A stretch of DNA of 44,034 bases. Origin: Paraphysomonas bandaiensis. Its lineage: Eukaryota; Protista; Chrysophyceae. The position numbers and the translations under genes are program-made. Below are positions 37,456 to 44,034 of the stretch, piece after piece. The stretch's first letter is position 1; each line of letters starts with the position of its first letter. The notes under the pieces were generated by a model. That model had not been told where the DNA came from and made no database searches. It worked only from the letters and a program-made list of their open reading frames with translations. Location: contig CBFFRP010000008.1 of the NCBI GenBank assembly GCA_965644295.1, positions 1-44,034 on the forward strand, given 5' to 3'.

Positions 37456-37847
37456 ATCTCAAGAGAGGCAAATGCAGCTATATGAGAATAATAATATGAT
37501 ATTACAAAACACAAGTCGTGGCAGGGCCAACTTGTAACGCAATAAATATTGCTAATAAAAACTATAATTGCAACTTTTTCTTTATCTTTAACCTCTCAGC
37601 TACAAATTACAGTAAAATAATAACTCAATACTTAGATATGAAACCAGGTGAAATCGCTTTACCAGGTTTTGGTATTACCTCGACTTTTAGCAATCTCAAG
37701 AGAAGCAAATGCAGCTATACGTGAAAATATAATAATATATGCGTTACAAAAACGTAGTATAGCAGGGACTGCTTGTAACGATATTACAATAACAACTACT
37801 ATATTGTACGTTTTTTATCTTCTTTGACCTCTCAGATACAAAATATG
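37456..37847. repeat. Diverged direct repeat, ~155 bp unit, period 237 bp
   Basis: atctcaagagaRgcaaatgcagctata at 37456 and 37693, with collinear gcaggg..cttgtaacg and acctctcag.tacaaa. Confidence 0.85.
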
Positions 37848-37948
37848 TATATTTAACCGTTCCAATTATGGTACTTAGTCAGCAGGGGTCGTGCTTGGGT
37901 AGCACATTGGTGGCGCATGATGATGGAGGTGGTGTTCTTCTTGGGGGT

Positions 37949-38036
37949 CCCTCAACAAAGTCGGGCTCGCACCTTTTCGTGGTGTTCTGGGGGATAGAAA
38001 CCAGAGAGATTCTCTCTGGGAGACTAACGTGACCCG
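37949..38036 (+). ncRNA. Putative HDV-like self-cleaving ribozyme at the element 5' end
   Basis: P1 37949-56/37984-93 (imperfect); P2 CGGGCTCGC 37962-70 / GTGACCCG 38029-36; P3 ACC/GGT with 7-nt L3 TTTTCGT; P4 CCAGAGAG/CTCTCTGG; J4/2 GAGACTAAC with candidate catalytic C at 38024. Confidence 0.72.
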
Positions 38037-38432
38037 CAAACATAGTCAGCAGATATTCTTCTGCCCACTCATAGCCAAATGCTTGTGAAGACGTCTTTGA
38101 GCCCTGACGAATAAACAGGCATCCGGAAATATGGGCCCACCTCAAGGGCATCCGGGACAGGGCCCACCTGAAGGGTAGCCGGGGTATTGGGCTGCCTGCT
38201 GAAGTCAAGCATCCGGGATGTTCACCTTCAGAACTCAGAGCGGAAGTAGTCGCACCTTGGTGTTTGCGGGCGCGCACAAGCAGCTTTAGTAGCGTTAAAT
38301 AGTAGGATAAAAAAAGTGTGTACTGATTAGTTACCGGTAGAGGTCTCACTAGGTTGACTAGCATACATCTACTAGCTACTAAATCGGTGCAGGCTTTTAA
38401 CGCCTGTTGCTAATAATAAGACTTTCAATATA
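37949..38432 (+). mobile_element. SINE-like retroposon copy E (most intact) with 12-bp TSD
   Basis: Starts CCCTCAAC. Flanked by cttcttgggggt (37937-37948) and cttcctgggggt (38433-38444). Internal gggcccacctSaaggg subrepeats. Confidence 0.92.
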
Positions 38433-38660
38433 CTTCCTGGGGGTATAAGATCGATGTGGGTGTGCAGGATAATGGAATGGGTAGAGTCACCGCTTGTAGG
38501 GGCCGGTGGTCGGATGTGTAAAAGTAGTTGGCCGAGCTGAGGCACGCCGAGTAGGTGTACTTCGTGCTTCGTGGAGTTGAGTGGTGGAGACGTTGAGTAG
38601 GGTTAGTATGTGGTCCGTGTGGCTGCGAAGTGGAGTGCGTGGCGGTATCGCGAAGCCTTA
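38433..38660 (-). pseudogene. Relic of LINE apurinic endonuclease (APE) C-terminus, continuing at ~37948-37880 beyond the inserted SINE
   Basis: Minus-strand RSHTDHILT (DHIL 38615-38604) and, after one frameshift, YTSDHRPL (SDHRP 38514-38500). C/A-rich like the element at 1-3400. Confidence 0.65.
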
Positions 38661-39388
38661 CATGTGAATTTATTATTTGATAATGCTGATCCCTGAATAA
38701 AGGGACTAGACACCTACTTAAGCAGGGGAGTCCTGTCCATCATGCAGCTACGATATATACTCAACATTAACATATTATAATATATAAATTAGCAAATATA
38801 GGTGAGACCCTCTATACATCAAACCTAGTGAAATTAATTTCCCAGGTTTGGTCATCAGATGAATTTTATACTATTTACTTGACAATTAATTGAAGCAAGC
38901 TGAAGTCAATTATAATTGAAATTATGGTTTGATGTCCTAATTTTAATAGCCAATTAATTGCATTTAATTGATACGTAGCTCTGCTGTTGACTATTTTGAA
39001 CCCACAGTATATTAGCTCGTAGACAATAGACAACACACTGTTATAATAGACATCAATACAGACTTGAATTCATTAGGACTTATACATTACATATACACTT
39101 CTTTGAAGTGTATATAAAGAAGGTGTTGAAGATAGGTAAGTTATGATAGATCTCTGTACATTGCAATATACAGTATTCTGCATCGACTAAAGAAATCCAA
39201 AAACGTTACAGGAATTTGTTATCTGACTGATGTTGGTCCCTATAGCATTTTCCTGGTTTAGTTGCAAATTTCGTAGCTCTCGGGTTGTTGCCAAATTACA
39301 ATACGTATTGTAATTCATACAGCAGATTTATACTTTATATAATACAGAACGCAGCAGCACTCAACGTACTCCTAAAAATTCTAAAAAT

Positions 39389-41007
39389 TCAAGAGTCAAA
39401 CCCATATTTCTTTCTTATTCTTCCTATCCAAGATTCAGTTTCTACTCTGATTTTATTCTTCGCTGTGACTAGTAATCTAGGGCGGGTTTGGGGATCATCC
39501 GAAGGAAGTGTAGCCGTAACTCTTTGCTCGCTACTATTCAAACGACTCAAAGATTGAATATCCGCGCTATGAATGTTAATTTTTCCTATAAGAGTGTATT
39601 TTAAACACTACATTGAGCAACACAAAATGCTTCATATTACCGGATCTAGATTTCCTCTTCGTGAACTCAGGACGCTTAACAGCGTCACTAACACCTGAGA
39701 AGTATCCGCTACACTCCAAATCACTTTTAATAAAACCATGAAATGAGTCCGACTTTACACTAAGCATTCGGTTCTCATCATCAAAAGAATCTAGACGACT
39801 GTCTCTTAGATTTTCAAAGCACATGCTGAAATATTTTACCGACGTACCTTTAAGGTCTTCCTCGGCACCCTCTCGGCGACCAACAAGATGCAGCGGCAAC
39901 TGTATATTTACACATCACTATCACACATCGTACATAACAGATATCCACACAACACCTCTGGGTCCACAAGAACATGGACACTTCCCTGGGGCGCCTGGGC
40001 AAAAGATGCGGAAGATTGGTAGAGCTTGTTTATTTGCAAGGTAATGTCACCGAACTGAGAATCGGCCTCCACCGAGCCGTCAATGTTACTCATTGTGGTT
40101 GATCCGTCGGACACAATCTAGAACCACACAATTAGTTAGATCGTTACAATACAATAGAACATAGTCATGCTACACCCAGTGAGAGAGACCTTTGTATTAA
40201 TGCAACTACCCCAGTATAACATCACACACTACTGCTAAGTCTGACCTTCATCTTTCCCCTTGCTAAATCTACTGTCACATCGCCTCCACAGTCAATGCAA
40301 GTGTGCTCCCCGTATATTGCCTTCGCAAAAATATCCTTAGTGCACTTCACATTTACATTGTGCCCATTGATCATTGCAGCACTCAGGTTGCGAGCACTGA
40401 TTTGAACATCCCCTTCAATGACATTGGATATCTGGATATCAGCTGGAAAGAGCTAATTAAAGTATTGATTGTAAACTATAGAAGTGTACCATTGTTACAA
40501 TCAAACGTGATATTGGAGCCTTTAACTTTTTCAACGTTTATACTCCCTGACTGGCACTGAATGTGCATATTTCCCTTAATCTGTAATCAGCAGCAGCGGT
40601 TAGACTCCAACAGAGAACCATTGCAATAACAGGACCTTCTTGCATATATCTAGCTGGGCGTGATTCAAACTAAAGGTGGAGTCAAAGTACTCAGGGACGG
40701 ATATCTTGATGGCGTAAGTGTCGCATAAGGGCTTCGAAGAGTCCGGAAACACCTCAAAACAACCGCTCTGTTCGTCTACTCTTATTATCACTGGGCATTC
40801 ACTGGAGTGCTCAACCTCACAATGATCAATCCATGCAGATGTAACCTCGACATGAGCGGTCTTCACTTGGTCTAGTTTGAGGAACATCGCCCCCCCCTGA
40901 CACACCGGCACTCTATGTCTGCAGACAGCACCAGCAGCAGCAGACCAGCTGCGTCGAAGAGAGGGTCTTATGAGAGGGAGATGGCGACAGACACGAAGCG
41001 ATTGCAT
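39389..41007 (-). CDS. FAM185A-like / DUF4097 beta-repeat protein with probable mitochondrial presequence, multi-exon
   Basis: Arg-rich N-terminus MQSLRVCRHLPLIRPSLRR, repeats such as SGSINVEKVKG, GGDVTVD and IDGSVEADSQFGDITLQI, last exon ending IRVETESWIGRIRKKYGFDS* at 39389. Internal exon borders not fully resolved. Confidence 0.65.
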
Positions 41008-41349
41008 TCTATGCGTGCAAGGCTAACGGCAGATTCGTTTCCTCCCCTCAAGGAGGTCGTTGCTTTGTCTCACGGGTGTTGAGCAATCATCATTTTCATG
41101 CACCGGAGAGCTGCCCGTGTTTAATCCGTTACGGGCTGTCATAATTACATGTATGTCAGTAGTTTGTTGTGTTGCTGTGTTGCTATTTGTTGGCGTTTCA
41201 TTTTTTTGTGAATGAGACTCTACGCTGCCTGCTGTCTCTGTGCACTCACATGGAGACAGAGGACAGAGTGAGTATCTGGCAATAATTCGACTTCACCTAT
41301 ACAGTTACTCTCACATATTATTACATACGTCACCCTTTCTGTACATCTA

Positions 41350-41538
41350 ATGGGAAATTCGGCTAGCATTCAACCAGAATTGTTTGAAAAGCTCAAAACT
41401 GAATTTGAGTCGAAAAAAGACAGTCTGACCGATGAAGAGCTCTTTAATCATATGAAATCGTTCTACGAGTCATTACAACAGACACCGCAGCCCGCAGCGA
41501 GTGAAGCTCCCGTTGAAGCGGAAACGCCAAGTGCTTAG
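41350..41538 (+). CDS. Small (62 aa) probably N-myristoylated helical protein
   Basis: MGNSAS start (G2, S6), amphipathic helix composition, divergent from the neighbouring gene like the other pairs. Confidence 0.7.
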   Translation: MGNSASIQPELFEKLKTEFESKKDSLTDEELFNHMKSFYESLQQTPQPAASEAPVEAETPSA

Positions 41539-43038
41539 CACGATATATCGTATGAATTCTGAATCACAATTTTTTATTGAGTCACATATATAGCGAATAA
41601 GTAATGGTTTGTATAATAGCCGTGTAAGCGACATAAGATGTTAAAGTTACTAACTGATAATGGTTCTACTTGATTTGATATTATCTTTTTCTATGTCCGT
41701 TTCTGTTTTGGTTCTACAAGTATATTTACTTGAAAGGTGGTCCGTGTAATGTGATATTATACTAGGTACACGAAAAACGACACACTTATCATCTCCCTTG
41801 GGCAGTTGTTTACAGAAACCCGAGTGATATCATTGGTGGTTTCAATAAAGCGTCTGGGACACGTAATGCTATGAATCATAAATCAGAGAGTATGTTGCTG
41901 ATGATATGTAATATGTAGGCTGCACGAAAGTACTGTCTACTGTGAATCATATGACAAGGAATTGGAAATTGAACTATCATGGATAGTACAACAGCGGTAT
42001 GTATCAGGGATAGGGGATAAAATATCTTTATTCGCAATTGTGTCACTATGCAAGTACGTCACTACTCCCTTCTCTGCTCAACAATTGAAAATTGAAATTA
42101 TTGTAGTAAGGCTCAGCTAGGTCTTGTGAGCAGAATTTAAGTCTTGAGAAGTAGATACCTAAATAGATTACTCTTGCAGATACAAAATAAGTGAAGTAGT
42201 GATGCCTTTTGTTAATGTACTTTTTAATGAAGCTTTATTTTATTTAGATTCTATAAGAGTCATCTACTTAGTTACCGAGTTCACAAGACTTTAATTCTGC
42301 TTGCAAGGTCTAACTGAACCTTACTATCACTGCTTATTCCTTAAACTAATTGTTATATTTTAAAACAGCACAGAATAAAGGTTGAATATTCATTGCTAAC
42401 AGCTTTACGTAACACTCATACGACGTGAGTACGTGAGTATTACTTTAGCGACAACTTCACGTTTCACTATAATATAGTATAATGAACGTAACACTATATA
42501 TTTCTCGCACTGTATCATATAAGCTGGCAAATACATATTCTCAAACCTACGAACTCACATTCAGGATAGCGGAATAATATAGCATATCTACAAATACGTG
42601 TATGACTCAAGGCTACTCAATCAGGAGTAATAAGTGTTGTAATATATCGTATGCTTCTTTTCAAGGTGTCAATCTCTTACTCAGCTGCTCTTCCGCGAAA
42701 GCAGATTTTAGTCCAGTTCGTTACCGGTAATTATCAGTGAAGACAGACAGTATTATAAACGGAAATATTCACTGAGCTATAATGGAATATAGAGTGAAAC
42801 ATATGGCTACAGTAGTTCTGGTTCGTTTGGTAAAGGTCGGTAGCAGCTATTGAGTTCGATATCCTTGAAACCCCGCGCCGCGTCCAGGCAGGATGATGCA
42901 TGTCTGAACAAGCAACATGCAGCACCTGCTGACTGATCCTCGGCTCTCATTGTCCCATTCTTTAAATACGGTATGTATATCATGAATACGGGTATCTCCG
43001 TATACAGCAACTACAGCAGCCCGTGTACGTATCTAGAT

Positions 43039-44001
43039 ATGGAGCTGCAAGCCGATGAGGTTGCTGGTATGTATGTACATGTACATGCATGTCTTAATGT
43101 ATACGCACAACACACACATCACATGTACATCAAGGTTATATGTGCAGCGCTTACAACTGTATGGGTAGCCCATGGCTCTTTCTATGAATCCACTGGACGG
43201 GTCCCAGATGACCGCCTCTTCATGCACATGCACATAGGTCACGGGGGCGGGACCTTCCTGTGCAAATTAGCCAAACAGAATGGCGAAATTACTTATCGTT
43301 CTTGTAACTTACGAGGAGATGGTGCTGGAAGTAGCTACCTTGTGACGAACTGTAGCACACGAGAGAAGAATTTAGCTCTATTCAGAAAACAAGATGGCAT
43401 TACTTTCGGAGCATGCGAACACGGATTCAAAGAAGGAGAATTCTGTCCACACTTGTATCGCTATATCATATTCATCAGAAATCCAATGGACACCCTCAAT
43501 TCATACTTGTCAGCTCGGGTGAGGCAAAAGCAGTCTGTGAATGAGATTATTAATCTTATTAAAATATCTCCACATCAGACCTATAATATATCAGATATTA
43601 CCAATATTAAGAAATCTCTTTATCGGTTGGATAATTTTGTTGTGCGATTCTTATCGTTAAGTTCCCCAACTTACTTTGGGCCTGTTGGTAGTCTAACTCA
43701 ACAGGATCTGGCAAACGCGCTGGAAGTACTGAGCAGATTTGAACTTGTTATCACGGATGAAGATATGCTAAATCGTAGCGATATGGTAGCCGAAATGTTA
43801 CATTGGAAACTTGGCTGGACAAACATAACAGATCCATCAAGTGGCCATTCGACTAATAGCCATGGCAAACATATTCTTACTGAGGATCATTTGAAATACT
43901 TCCGCAAACGAAATGAATTAGACATGCAGTTGTATGAACGAGCGAAGATGATGTTTATGGCCGATTACAATAGAATGAAAGCTGTTGTAATGGGAACGTA
44001 G
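43039..44001 (+). CDS. Golgi-type sulfotransferase-like protein (start and 5' intron uncertain)
   Basis: FMHMHIGHGGGTFLC (5'-PSB-like), IFIRNPMD (3'-PB-like), C-terminal NELDMQLYERA..F. Confidence 0.7.
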   Translation: MELQADEVAGMYVHVHACLNVYAQHTHHMYIKVICAALTTVWVAHGSFYESTGRVPDDRLFMHMHIGHGGGTFLCKLAKQNGEITYRSCNLRGDGAGSSYLVTNCSTREKNLALFRKQDGITFGACEHGFKEGEFCPHLYRYIIFIRNPMDTLNSYLSARVRQKQSVNEIINLIKISPHQTYNISDITNIKKSLYRLDNFVVRFLSLSSPTYFGPVGSLTQQDLANALEVLSRFELVITDEDMLNRSDMVAEMLHWKLGWTNITDPSSGHSTNSHGKHILTEDHLKYFRKRNELDMQLYERAKMMFMADYNRMKAVVMGT

Positions 44002-44034
44002 TAATAACGTCGCGAATGCATAATTTATGTGGGT

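Noticed and set aside
38104-38140. CTGACGA...GAAA as a hammerhead ribozyme core inside the SINE
   Set aside because: No stem II pairing between the motifs and the core is not conserved in copies C and D.

Overview
Eukaryotic genomic window with mostly ~45-60 bp GT-AG introns. Gene content suggests a stramenopile, possibly a chrysophyte (inference only). The ~13 host genes alternate strand almost strictly as head-to-head pairs: PP2C/2x6TM cation channel, REI1/MYST HAT, cyclin/DUF389, 2-TM membrane protein/NuSAP-like, ARMC6/TauD and FAM185A-like/small myristoylated protein, plus ankyrin-repeat and sulfotransferase-like genes. AT-rich TE debris fills most convergent gaps. Highlights: (1) a ~400-480 bp dispersed retroposon family (5 copies) with ~12-bp TSDs, a (CTA)n tail and a 5' end that folds as an HDV-like ribozyme, resembling the ingi/L1Tc/SIDER signature; (2) a two-domain voltage-gated channel built from two NaChBac/CatSper/EukCat-like repeats with TLDxW filters and C-terminal EF-hands; (3) a ~760-codon minus-strand ORF missing from the ORF track (it runs off the left edge) with an OTU-like cysteine protease and 54-aa His/Cys repeats; (4) a NuSAP-like gene in a non-animal. 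All assignments are manual motif readings; no searches were run.
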